Assembly: GCA_022646745.1 (NCBI GenBank)
Contig: CP060262.1
Span: 1,751,149-1,815,148, forward strand
DNA length: 64,000 nucleotides
Direction of reading: 5' to 3'
Source of the DNA: Planctomycetales bacterium
GTDB taxonomy: Bacteria > 4484-113 > JAFGCY01
In this document: positions 44,058 to 53,213 of the stretch, piece after piece
Numbering within the stretch: the first letter of the stretch is position 1
Layout: every line of letters starts with the position of its first letter
The notes under the pieces: model-generated
What the model was told of the DNA's origin: nothing
Database searches by the model: none
What the model saw: only the letters and a program-made list of their open reading frames with translations
Translations under genes and position numbers: made by a program

Positions 44058-45302
44058 TCAGGCGCGGCGGAACAGAAGCACGGCATTCTGGCCACCGAAG
44101 CCGAAGGTGTTGCACATCGTGTAGTCGCCATGGAAGGGCACTGCCTCGTTCGGCACGTAGTCCAGGTCGCAGTCCGGGTCCGCTTCCTCGTAGTTGATCG
44201 TCGGCGGCAGCTCATTGCGCTCGAAGGCCTTGATGCTGAGGATGCCCTCGATTGCGGCCGCGGCGCCGAGCAGGTGGCCGTGCATGGACTTCGTTGACGA
44301 CACCTTCAGCTTGTAGGCCAGGTCGCCGAACACGGCCTTGATCGCGGCGGTCTCCGCGCGGTCGTTCAGGGGAGTGCTGGTGCCATGCGCGTTGACGTAG
44401 GTCACTTCCTCGCGCTTGACGCCGGCATCCTCCATCGCCCACTTCATCGCCAGCTGTGCACCGGCGCCGTCATCCGGCGGGGCCGTGACGTGGTAGGCAT
44501 CCGCACTGGCGCCATAGCCGACGACCTCGGCGTAGATCTTCGCATTGCGGGCCACGGCGTGCTCCCATTCCTCGAGGATCATCACGCCGCTGCCCTCGCC
44601 CATCACGAAGCCGCTGCGGCGCTTCTCGAACGGGCGGCTGCCCTTCTCGGGCTCGTCATTGAAGTCGAATGTCAGCGCCTTCAGGGTGGAGAAGCCGCCG
44701 ATGCCGACCTGGTTCAGTGCACTCTCGGTACCGCCCGCGATCATCACGTCCGTGCGGCCGTGGCGGATCGCCAGCGCGGCCTCGCCGATGCTGTGGCCAC
44801 TGGTGGCGCAAGCGCTGGTCACGCAGAAGCAGGGGCCATGCACGCCCCATTCCTTGGCGACGACGCCAGCCGGCATATTGGCAATCGCGTTGATGATGAA
44901 GAACGGCGAGATGCGCTCAGCGCCCTTCTCGGCGGAGCGCATGATCTGCTCCTCGAGGGTGCGCAGGCCGCCGATGCCGCTGCCGATGAACACGCCGGTG
45001 CGGGTCTTTAAGTCACCCTCGAAGCTGATGCCGCTGTCCAGCACGGCCATCTTCGCCGCCGCCGTGGCCTGCAGGATGCTCTGCTCCAGCCGGCGCGCGT
45101 CACGCGGCTCGACGAAGTAGGACGGGGCGTCGAAGTCCGGGCATTCCGCGCCGATCTGGCAGGGGAAGTTGGCCGGGTCGAAGCCGCTGATCCGGCGCAC
45201 GCAGCTCTTCCCGGCGAACACGCTGTCGGTGAGCACGTCCACGCCGGCGCCGAATCCGCTGACGGCACCCATTCCGGTAACTGCAACTCTGCGTCGTTCC
45301 AT
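44058..45302 (-). CDS. fabF: 3-oxoacyl-ACP synthase II
   Basis: Active-site Cys region CVTSACATSGHSIG. His-His motifs (YVNAHGTST…, HGHLLGAAAAIE). C-terminal NTFGFGGQNAVL. Confidence 0.9.
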   Translation of the reverse strand: MERRRVAVTGMGAVSGFGAGVDVLTDSVFAGKSCVRRISGFDPANFPCQIGAECPDFDAPSYFVEPRDARRLEQSILQATAAAKMAVLDSGISFEGDLKTRTGVFIGSGIGGLRTLEEQIMRSAEKGAERISPFFIINAIANMPAGVVAKEWGVHGPCFCVTSACATSGHSIGEAALAIRHGRTDVMIAGGTESALNQVGIGGFSTLKALTFDFNDEPEKGSRPFEKRRSGFVMGEGSGVMILEEWEHAVARNAKIYAEVVGYGASADAYHVTAPPDDGAGAQLAMKWAMEDAGVKREEVTYVNAHGTSTPLNDRAETAAIKAVFGDLAYKLKVSSTKSMHGHLLGAAAAIEGILSIKAFERNELPPTINYEEADPDCDLDYVPNEAVPFHGDYTMCNTFGFGGQNAVLLFRRA

Positions 45303-45319
45303 GTGTTTCTCCTCTCCTC

Positions 45320-46072
45320 TCAGGCCGGGTAGCCGCCGCCATTCACGTGCAGGCAGGCCCCGGATACATATGACGCCGCCGGTCCCGCGAGGAACAGCAC
45401 CGCTGCCGCGATCTCCTCCGGTGTGCCGAAGCGGGCCAGCGGGATGCGGCTGACGAAGTCAGCGCGCAGCTCATCGCTGAGGTTCTCGGTCATGCCTGTG
45501 TCCACCAGGCCGGGCACGATGCAGTTCACGCGGATGGCCTTCGGGCCGTACTCCAGCGCGAGGCTGCGGGTCAGGCTGACGACGCCGCCCTTGGCAGCGC
45601 TGTAGTTCGCCTGTCCGGCGCTGCCCGCGAAGGCGGCAACGCTTGCGATGTTCACGATCGACCCGCCGCCCTTGCGCATCATTGCGATCGCGGAGCGGCA
45701 GCAGTAGAACACGCCGTCCAGGTTGACGGCAAGCGAGTCACGCCACTGCTCGTCCTTCATCAGCAGCGCCAGGCCGTCCAGCCTCGCGCCGGCATTGTTG
45801 ACGAGGATGTCCAGCCGGCCGCAGCGCTGCTTGACCTCGGCGAAGCCGGCGTTCACGGCCGCGCTGTCGCTCACGTCGAACTGCAGCGTCCAGGCCGTGC
45901 CTCCCGCTGCCACGATCTCTGCTGCGACGGCCTCGGCGGCCTCGGCGCTGTCCAGGTAGTTGACAACCACCTGGGCACCCTGCGCCGCCAGGGCACGGGC
46001 GCAGGCGGCACCGATTCCGGTGCCTCCGCCGGTCACCAGCGCGACCATTCCTTCAAGCGGGCGGCTGCTCAT
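45320..46072 (-). CDS. fabG: 3-oxoacyl-ACP reductase (SDR)
   Basis: TGGGTGIG Rossmann motif, NNAG, catalytic YSAAK. Located between fabD and fabF. Confidence 0.85.
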   Translation of the reverse strand: MSSRPLEGMVALVTGGGTGIGAACARALAAQGAQVVVNYLDSAEAAEAVAAEIVAAGGTAWTLQFDVSDSAAVNAGFAEVKQRCGRLDILVNNAGARLDGLALLMKDEQWRDSLAVNLDGVFYCCRSAIAMMRKGGGSIVNIASVAAFAGSAGQANYSAAKGGVVSLTRSLALEYGPKAIRVNCIVPGLVDTGMTENLSDELRADFVSRIPLARFGTPEEIAAAVLFLAGPAASYVSGACLHVNGGGYPA

Positions 46073-47016
46073 GACAGCTCCTCCAGCCAGGCCGCCAGGC
46101 CTTCGGCATCACTGCGGGCATCCACGTTGTAGGTGCGGATGTCACGGTTGGTCTTCACGGTCAGCATCCGCAGCACCTTGCCCGGGCCGATTTCCAGCAG
46201 GTCCGTCACGCCACTGGCGGCAAACCACGCGATGGTGTCGGTCCAGCGCACGGGGTTGAAGATCTGCGCATGCAGGTGCATCGCATACTGCATCGGGTCC
46301 GTCGGGTAGGGCTGCACGGTCAGGTTGGCAACCACCGGCAGCTCTGTCGTGGCGAAGGCCGTGCCGTCAAGCATCGGCTTCAGGGCATCCGCCGCGGGGG
46401 TCATCAGTTCACAGTGGAAGGGTGCGCTGACCGGCAGCTCGACCACGCGCTTGGCACCGGCACTGGAGTACTGCTCCATCGCCGCGTGCACCGCATCGGC
46501 ATGGCCGCTGACAACGGTCTGCTCCGGGCTGTTGAAGTTGGCCTCGGCCAGCACCCGTCCGGGCAGTGACTTGCGCACTTCCGCATCGATGCTGCGGATC
46601 TGCTCCGCCTCCATCCCGATCACGGCGGCCATCGCGCCCGTGCCCTGCGGCACCGCTTCCTGCATCAGCTCACCACGCCGGTTGACGATGCGTACCGCGT
46701 CGGCAAAGTCGAGCGCGCCACTGGCAACCAGTCCGCTGTACTCGCCGAGGCTGTGCCCGGCCATGCAGGCCACCTCCGGCAGCTGGCCCTGCAGGGCGCG
46801 CCAGATCGCGATCGAAGCCGTCAGGATGGCGGGCTGCTGGTTGCTGGTCAGGCGCAGCTGCTCCTCCGGGCCGTTGAAGCACAGCTCCGAAAGGGGGAAG
46901 CCCAGCGCTGCATCAGCCTCGGCAAAGGTCTGCGCCACCGCGGGGACGTCCATCCAGTCCTGGCACATCCCGACGCGCTGGCTGCCCTGTCCCGGGAATA
47001 CCACTGCCAGACTCAT
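46069..47016 (-). CDS. fabD: Malonyl-CoA:ACP transacylase
   Basis: VFPGQGSQ and GHSLGEY active-site motifs. Confidence 0.9.
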   Translation of the reverse strand: MSLAVVFPGQGSQRVGMCQDWMDVPAVAQTFAEADAALGFPLSELCFNGPEEQLRLTSNQQPAILTASIAIWRALQGQLPEVACMAGHSLGEYSGLVASGALDFADAVRIVNRRGELMQEAVPQGTGAMAAVIGMEAEQIRSIDAEVRKSLPGRVLAEANFNSPEQTVVSGHADAVHAAMEQYSSAGAKRVVELPVSAPFHCELMTPAADALKPMLDGTAFATTELPVVANLTVQPYPTDPMQYAMHLHAQIFNPVRWTDTIAWFAASGVTDLLEIGPGKVLRMLTVKTNRDIRTYNVDARSDAEGLAAWLEELS

Positions 47017-47073
47017 CCGCCGACTCCTGAGATTGATTGCATCACCTGTGCGTATATCATCCTTCCCACCGGA

Positions 47074-48093
47074 TTATCCATTCCCTGCCAGCGGGTCGCC
47101 CCATACGAGGTAGGTCGCACCCCAGGTGAAGCCCGCGCCGAAGGTCATCAGCACGACCTTCTGGCCCACCGCCAGCTTGTTGTCAGTGTACAGTTCATCG
47201 ATCCCGATCGGGATCGTGCCGGAGGTGGTGTTGCCATAACGGTCAATGTTGACCACAAAGCGCTCTTCCGGCATCTTCAGGCGCTCGCGCACGCTGTCAA
47301 TGATGCGCTTGTTGGCCTGGTGCGGCACGAACCAGTCGATCTGGTCCGGCGTCAACCCGGCCTTGGCGATCACTTCCTCGACGATCGCGTTCATCGTGCG
47401 CACCGCATTCGTGTAGACCTCGCGGCCGGACATGTGGATGTAGTGCCCATGGCGCGCCAGGCTGTCCGGGTTCGGCGGGTTGACGCTGCCGCCGTCCGGC
47501 TGCCAGAGCTTGTAGGCCAGCGAGCCATCCGAGCCCAGCACGAACTCGCGCAGGCCGAAGCCCTGCGGGTTGTCCGCCGGGTCGACGGCCTCCAGCAGCA
47601 GCGCCCCGGCACCGTCGCCGAACAGCACGCAGGTGGCGCGGTCGGTGAAGTCGAGGATCGAGGTCATCTTTTCGCTGCCGATCACCAGCGCACGCTTGTT
47701 CACACCGCTTGCCAGCATGCCGTAGGCCAGGCTGAGCGCATAGACAAAGCCGCCGCAGGCCGCATTCACATCGAACGACCAGGCGGTGCGGTTGCCGAGG
47801 TTCTCCTGGATGAAGTTCGCCGTGGCTGGGAAAATCCGGTCACCTGTCACGGTGGCGCAGATGATCAGGTCCACTTCAGAGGTATCGACACCGGCGCGCT
47901 CAAGGCACTGCTGGGCAGCCTTGGTGCCCATGTCGGAGTTGCGCTCATCCGGGGCCGCAAAGCGGCGCTCACGGATGCCCGTGCGATCGCGGATCCACTC
48001 GTCACTGGTGTCGAGGATCGTGGCGAAATGGTCATTTGTAATGACCTTCTCAGGCAGGTAGCGGCCTGAGCTGCGTATGACCACATCTTTCAT
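47074..48093 (-). CDS. fabH: 3-oxoacyl-ACP synthase III
   Basis: Start MKDVVIRSSGRYLPEKVITNDHF (ATG 48091-48093). Active site FDVNAACGGFVYAL. C-terminal …GFTWGATYLVW. The 555-aa track ORF is a spurious 5' extension across plsX. Confidence 0.85.
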   Translation of the reverse strand: MKDVVIRSSGRYLPEKVITNDHFATILDTSDEWIRDRTGIRERRFAAPDERNSDMGTKAAQQCLERAGVDTSEVDLIICATVTGDRIFPATANFIQENLGNRTAWSFDVNAACGGFVYALSLAYGMLASGVNKRALVIGSEKMTSILDFTDRATCVLFGDGAGALLLEAVDPADNPQGFGLREFVLGSDGSLAYKLWQPDGGSVNPPNPDSLARHGHYIHMSGREVYTNAVRTMNAIVEEVIAKAGLTPDQIDWFVPHQANKRIIDSVRERLKMPEERFVVNIDRYGNTTSGTIPIGIDELYTDNKLAVGQKVVLMTFGAGFTWGATYLVWGDPLAGNG

Positions 48094-48134
48094 AACGTGG
48101 GGAACATTATGACACCAGTGTGCTGCCGGCAGCG

Positions 48135-49190
48135 CTATTCGGCCGCGCTGGGGGCGTAGCCCTCCATCACTTCCTCGACGCGGTGCACGAGGTCCTTGCT
48201 GCTCAGTTCGTAACCGACCTTGAGTGCATTGCGGATCGCCAGCGCATTGCTGCGCCCGTGGCAGATGATCACGTTCCCCTTCAGACCGAGCAGCGGCGCT
48301 CCACCCCACTGGGCGTAGTCCGTGCGGTTGCGGATCTCTTTCAGGGCCGGGCCGAGGAACAGCTTGGCCACCAGCGCATTGAACATGTTGCGCTTCAGCG
48401 CAGAGCGCATGGTGTCGGCCATGAATGTGCCGACGCCTTCCGCCAGCTTGAGCGTGATGTTGCCGAGGAAGCCGTCGCAGACCATGATGTCCACATTGCC
48501 GTCGAACAGGGAATGCCCCTCCACGTAACCGACGCAGTTCAGATTCGGGTCCGCCTCGATCAGGGCACGGGCTTCCTTCACTAGGGTGTTGCCCTTGTAA
48601 TCCTCGGTGCCGTTGCTCAAGAGCGCGATGCGCGGGCTCTGCTTGTTGTAGAGCGTGCGCACGAACTGGTTGGCTAGCACGGCGAACTGGTGCAGGTGCA
48701 CCGGCTTGCAGTCGACGTTGCTGCCGCCGTCCACGAACCACATGTCGCCTTTGTGGGTGGGCAGCGGGGTGCCGATCGGCGGGCGGTCGATGCCCTTCTC
48801 GCGGCCCAGCGTGAACAGTCCGGCGGTCATCACGAGCCCGGTCGTGCCGGGGCTGATCACCGCGCTCTGCGGATGCTGCTTCGCAATCTCCATCGAGCGG
48901 CGGATGCTGCTGTCCGGGTACTTCTTGTAGGCATCCACCGGGCTGGTGAATTCCTTGGGCAGCACATCCTTCGCATGCTCGAAGCGCACGCTGAAGTCCG
49001 GGCTGTTGCTGCTGTCCAGCGCGATCTGCCGCCGCAGGTCCTCGATCTCGTCCGGTGCGCTGTGCACCACCACGATATCGAACTCGCGGCCGCGCATCAC
49101 GTCACAGAAATCAGCCACGCCGCGCAGCATCTCAGCGACACCCTGGTCACTGCCCATCACGTCCATGATCAGTGTCGGCCGTTTTGCCAT
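48135..49190 (-). CDS. plsX: Phosphate:acyl-ACP acyltransferase
   Basis: 351 aa with PlsX-type layout (…ALLSNGTEDYKG…, …GFLGNITLKLAEG…). Heads the plsX-fabHDGF operon. Confidence 0.85.
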   Translation of the reverse strand: MAKRPTLIMDVMGSDQGVAEMLRGVADFCDVMRGREFDIVVVHSAPDEIEDLRRQIALDSSNSPDFSVRFEHAKDVLPKEFTSPVDAYKKYPDSSIRRSMEIAKQHPQSAVISPGTTGLVMTAGLFTLGREKGIDRPPIGTPLPTHKGDMWFVDGGSNVDCKPVHLHQFAVLANQFVRTLYNKQSPRIALLSNGTEDYKGNTLVKEARALIEADPNLNCVGYVEGHSLFDGNVDIMVCDGFLGNITLKLAEGVGTFMADTMRSALKRNMFNALVAKLFLGPALKEIRNRTDYAQWGGAPLLGLKGNVIICHGRSNALAIRNALKVGYELSSKDLVHRVEEVMEGYAPSAAE

Positions 49191-49214
49191 CAGGCACCTA
49201 TTATATAAACCGTA

Positions 49215-50162
49215 ATGCTCAGATTGATATACAGCCTGCTGGCCCTGCTGCTGCTGTTCCCCACCACTGCATGGTGCCAGGAGGAACAGCTGCTCAGCCG
49301 CGAGCAGTTGCTGGAGCTATACGGTGACTCAACTGACGAGCTTAATGAGACTGAAGCGAATGCCCTGCTGCTGGACCTCGTGAACCACGAGCGTGAGCAG
49401 GCCGGCCTGCCCAAGCTGGCCCCACTGGACCTGGCGGCCTTCATGGCCCGTCGACACGCTTCAGACATGGCGCGCGATGGATACAGCGCTCACTACGATA
49501 CGGACGGACGCAACCCGGTGGAACGCTACAACCGGCTCGGTGGCACGGACTATGTGCAGGAGAACCTGATCCTGCTGGAGATTGACTGGCCGCTACTGCT
49601 GACCGAGCGGCTCGTACGCTCATTCCACCGCGAGTGGATGGCCAGTCCGGAGCACCGGCGCACCCTGCTCAGTCCTCAGGCCACGCACTACGGCAGTTCC
49701 TTCGAGCTGTTCCGGGTGGGAGGCCTGTACCGCATGGGAGCGGTGCAGGAATTCGTCTGCGAGCGCGGGGACTACAGCCGCCTGCCGCAGCTGATGTCCG
49801 TCGGTGAGCGCCTGCAGCTGGGCGGACAGTTCCAGCAGGGCGTGGAGCCGGGCTACATCGGCATCGGGCTGCAGCCGACAGCCGCAGGCCTCAGTCCGGC
49901 ACAGCTCAATGCCATGCCGAAGTACTACACCCTGCCTGAGGAGAGTTTCCAGCTGCCGCTTGACCCGCAGCTGATCGAACAGGCGATGCAACTGCCCTCG
50001 GCACGCGCATCCTACGATGCCCAGGCCAGCAGCTTCAGCCTTGAACTGGAAATCCCTGCGGACTGGGCGGGCCGGACCGCCTACTTCTACATCTTCGCCC
50101 AGCCACCGGGAGACACTGAACTGCGCTGCATTTCCTGCCAGACCGTATCAATCGAAAGTTAA
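49215..50162 (+). CDS. Secreted CAP/SCP/PR-1-like (YkwD-type) domain protein
   Basis: Signal peptide MLRLIYSLLALLLLFPTTAWC. CAP signature region LVNHEREQAGLPKL…HYDTDGRNPVERYN…HREWMASPEHRRTLLSPQATHYG. Confidence 0.7.
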   Translation: MLRLIYSLLALLLLFPTTAWCQEEQLLSREQLLELYGDSTDELNETEANALLLDLVNHEREQAGLPKLAPLDLAAFMARRHASDMARDGYSAHYDTDGRNPVERYNRLGGTDYVQENLILLEIDWPLLLTERLVRSFHREWMASPEHRRTLLSPQATHYGSSFELFRVGGLYRMGAVQEFVCERGDYSRLPQLMSVGERLQLGGQFQQGVEPGYIGIGLQPTAAGLSPAQLNAMPKYYTLPEESFQLPLDPQLIEQAMQLPSARASYDAQASSFSLELEIPADWAGRTAYFYIFAQPPGDTELRCISCQTVSIES

Positions 50163-50217
50163 ATCCCGGTTAAGTGGACAAGTCCTGTGCAAGCATGAGA
50201 ATGCAGTGGGCAAGTAA

Positions 50218-51102
50218 ATGCCATATAATCCTCATGTGGAACACGCATTGGACTGGAGCAAACTGGCTGAGTTGCTCCCACAGCTCGGCAGGGAGTATGC
50301 CCGACTGGCGGCCCGCTACCGCATCGTCCTGACCGTGCTTGCCATGCTTCCGCCACTCCTTATCCCGCTGGAAGCTGCCAAGTGGTTCTCAAGGAACCCC
50401 GCCGTCATCACGACTTTCGTCTGCATCTACCTGCTGATTGCCGCCGCGATTTTCGTCTACACCACACGCTGGGTGGAGAACGTGCGCAGCTTCGGCCAGC
50501 GGCGGATCATGGAGGACCGGCTCTGTTCCCGTACACTGGACCGCATCGAGCGCGACCATGGCAAGAGCGGCGAAATGAGCTTCGAGGAGATCTACCTGAC
50601 GGATGGCAGCGGGCTTGAGCGCCGCACCCGCAAGCAGATCATCTACTCCGAGAACGACATTGAAGTCAACATGGACCGCGGCCAGAAGCTGTTTGCCAAC
50701 AACAATGTCCCGCTGATGATCAACACCGCGATCGTGGCGGCCTACTGCCTGTTCACGATCATCGGCGGCTTCGTGCTGCCCTATGACGCGATCCAGGGGC
50801 AGGGCAAGCTGATGGTCGTGCAGGGCGTGATGCTGGTCTGTGTGCCGGCAGCAATCTTCGTGATCCAGGGCAGTTACCGCCAGCACCTGCTGAACCTCGT
50901 GATTGCGGAGCAGCTGCTGGAATACATCACGGATGACGACGCACGCGAGGCGATGGATTCATTCGTGCCCCAGCTTCCCGCGGAGGAAGCTGGCAACGAA
51001 GAGTACGCTGAAGAGAGCACCGGCGTGGAAAGCCTGCAGGCGGCCACCGGCGGGGATTCCTCCGAAGACCCGGGTGACGAGGGCGTGCAGGCCCAGGCCT
51101 AG
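50218..51102 (+). CDS. 4-TM membrane protein, possibly a distant member of the triplet family
   Basis: Topology TM-TM, ~85-aa loop, TM-TM. C-terminal amphipathic RQHLLNLVIAEQLLEYI followed by an acidic tail. Confidence 0.55.
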   Translation: MPYNPHVEHALDWSKLAELLPQLGREYARLAARYRIVLTVLAMLPPLLIPLEAAKWFSRNPAVITTFVCIYLLIAAAIFVYTTRWVENVRSFGQRRIMEDRLCSRTLDRIERDHGKSGEMSFEEIYLTDGSGLERRTRKQIIYSENDIEVNMDRGQKLFANNNVPLMINTAIVAAYCLFTIIGGFVLPYDAIQGQGKLMVVQGVMLVCVPAAIFVIQGSYRQHLLNLVIAEQLLEYITDDDAREAMDSFVPQLPAEEAGNEEYAEESTGVESLQAATGGDSSEDPGDEGVQAQA

Positions 51103-52316
51103 GCCGCGTCCGGCGGGAACTGCAGCAGGATCTCCTCGTCCAGCTGCGGCAGTGAATCCCAGTACAGCTCGGTGATCTCGCCGGGCCGGATCTCCACCAT
51201 CGTCTGGCGGTTGTCAACCGCCGCATCCGTGCTGACGACGAATGTGCCGAGCCCGAGGGTGATGCGTGCCTTGCCCTGGCTGTCCAGCTTGACCCGTGCG
51301 ATCTGGCGCAGGGCACCGAAGTTGAACACATGCACCGTCACATGCGCCTCCTCACTGCCGGCTGCCGTCGGCACCTCGACCGTCAGCAGGCCGGTGTCAC
51401 GGTAGAAGGCGGTGGAGTTGAAGCGGGTGTAGCGCGCGCCGACGGTCTCCTCAACCTCCAGCACCGTCTCGTCACGCGTGTCGGGGATGCCGAATGCCAT
51501 CGAGCAGACCAGCGGGGCGTTCTTCACCGCACCGTTGAACCAGGCGTCGTCAAGCTGGTCCTGCGGCTCGCAGCCGCCGGTGTAGTGCCACAGCCCGTCG
51601 CTGCCGAACACCTCCACCCAGGCATGGTTGTTGTCAGACACCGCCCAGTAGGGGCAGTAGGCCATCCGCGCCGGGATGCCGACCGCGCGGCAGGCATCGA
51701 CGTAGAAGATCACCATCTCCTCGCAGCGCCCGTAGCCGCTGGCCAGCGTTGCCAGCGGGCCCTGGTCGCGGCGCTGGGTCTGCCTGAAACCCACGCGCTG
51801 CCCGCACCACTTGTTGACGAGCACGGCCGCTTCCTCCAGCGTGGTGGCACCATCAAGCTCATTGCCAAGCTCGGCAAGGAAGAAGCGCCGCCAGTCCGAC
51901 AGCGGTTCCTGGCTGACGCGCGGCGGCAGCACGAAGTGCGCCCAGGTCGCCAAATCGCAGTCATCACCCCAGGCAAAGTCATTGCGGGCTGCCAGCGCCA
52001 TGTCCAGGTTTCCTGTCAGTTCCGCGCTGGAAATGCTGCCAAGGTCGCAGGTCGGCAGGCTGGCCACGGTGAAGCGCATCGCATTGCGGCGCAGCATGTC
52101 GCCATCCGACTGCGCAAGCGCATCCTCGAGCTGGGCCCGGTTGCTGCCGGACAGCGCCAGCGCCTGCTCGATGTCGGCATCACTCACAGCGGGGATTCCG
52201 GCAGCGGATGCCATGGCAGGGATTGCCAGGATGGCGGCGGCCAGCAGGCAGCAGCACAAAAGGGTCGGGGTCAGTAGCCTTCTCACGGCACGATTATACT
52301 TGTGCACCATGCCCAC
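51099..52316 (-). CDS. Secreted transglutaminase-like (papain-fold Cys-His-Asp) domain protein
   Basis: Signal peptide. GYGRCEEMVIFYVDACRAVGIPARMAY…NHAWVEVF…DGLW core typical of the transglutaminase-like superfamily. Confidence 0.7.
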   Translation of the reverse strand: MGMVHKYNRAVRRLLTPTLLCCCLLAAAILAIPAMASAAGIPAVSDADIEQALALSGSNRAQLEDALAQSDGDMLRRNAMRFTVASLPTCDLGSISSAELTGNLDMALAARNDFAWGDDCDLATWAHFVLPPRVSQEPLSDWRRFFLAELGNELDGATTLEEAAVLVNKWCGQRVGFRQTQRRDQGPLATLASGYGRCEEMVIFYVDACRAVGIPARMAYCPYWAVSDNNHAWVEVFGSDGLWHYTGGCEPQDQLDDAWFNGAVKNAPLVCSMAFGIPDTRDETVLEVEETVGARYTRFNSTAFYRDTGLLTVEVPTAAGSEEAHVTVHVFNFGALRQIARVKLDSQGKARITLGLGTFVVSTDAAVDNRQTMVEIRPGEITELYWDSLPQLDEEILLQFPPDAA

Positions 52317-52947
52317 CGGCGCTGAAACCTACGCATCCCTGCTGCAGTCTATGGACAGCCCACTCGATGCCGCCCAGTGTGGCCAGCTCGGCAAGTGGCT
52401 GATGCTCGTCGAACAGGCCGGCAAGGTGATGAACCTGACCGGTCTGCGTGAGCCGCATGAGATGGCCGCGGAGCTCGTGCTGGAATCACTGCGACTGCTC
52501 GGTGACAGCACATTCGTGGAAGGCAGCCGTGTGCTGGACATCGGCAGCGGCAATGGCGCACCGGTGGTCCCGCTGGCCGTGGCCTGCCCGCAGGCCAGCT
52601 TCACCGCTGTCGAGGCCCGCAGCCGGCGAACGGACTTCCTGCAGTTCGCCATGCGCCAGATGAAGCTCACGAACCTGCAGGTGATCTGCAGCCGGGTCGA
52701 GGAACTGCCAGCCGTGCAGCGCGGGCCATACGACTGCATCATAAGCCGCGCCTTCGCCTCGCCACAACTGTTCATCAGTATCTCCAGCGGACTGCTGGCT
52801 GAATCAGGCGGGATCCGCGGCATCTGTGGGGACAGCGAGGAAGAAGTCCGGCAGGCGGCGCTGGAACATGGAATGAACGTTGAAGCGCTGGAGCGCTATG
52901 AGCATGGCGGTCGGATGCGCATCTCATACCGGCTCAGCAGGTCCTGA
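52309..52947 (+). CDS. rsmG: 16S rRNA (guanine527-N7)-methyltransferase
   Basis: Start MPTGAETY (ATG 52309). …MNLTGLREP… and VLDIGSGNGAPVVPLAV SAM motif. 212 aa. Confidence 0.8.
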   Translation: MPTGAETYASLLQSMDSPLDAAQCGQLGKWLMLVEQAGKVMNLTGLREPHEMAAELVLESLRLLGDSTFVEGSRVLDIGSGNGAPVVPLAVACPQASFTAVEARSRRTDFLQFAMRQMKLTNLQVICSRVEELPAVQRGPYDCIISRAFASPQLFISISSGLLAESGGIRGICGDSEEEVRQAALEHGMNVEALERYEHGGRMRISYRLSRS

Positions 52948-52959
52948 TGGTCCAGCGGA

Positions 52960-53072
52960 TTCCTCTTACCTTAAGATAATTAATTACTTGATTAAGATAA
53001 TTGAATTACTTGCAGGTAATTCGTTCAATCATTCACAAAAGCCTTGACATATCGAAAAGGAATTGATAATAT
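52960..53072 (+). promoter_or_regulatory. AT-rich UP-like element with direct repeats followed by a consensus sigma70 promoter TTGACA-N17-TAATAT
   Basis: CTTAAGATAATTAATTACTTG / ATTAAGATAATTGAATTACTTG direct repeats (52962-53006). -35 TTGACA 53044-53049, -10 TAATAT 53067-53072. Confidence 0.5.
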
Positions 53073-53213
53073 CTTCCTGTAAGTGAATGGACGTGGATAG
53101 GAGATCCACGCAATATCCGAGGGCGTCTGGGCATCGGACCGAAGTGCCAGGGGGCACTGAACGCTAGGGAGCACTTCCACTGGAAGGGTCTCCCGAGACG
53201 ATGGGACGATGCA

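Noticed and set aside
47074-48741. 555-aa ORF spanning fabH and running into plsX
   Set aside because: Real FabH starts at MKDVVIRSSG (48093). The upstream 216 codons are Arg/Gln/Pro-rich antisense of plsX.
53085-53213. Guanidine-I (ykkC) riboswitch call for the structured leader
   Set aside because: Several short blocks resemble ykkC segments, but their order and spacing do not fit the consensus as I remember it. Reported only as an unassigned structured leader.
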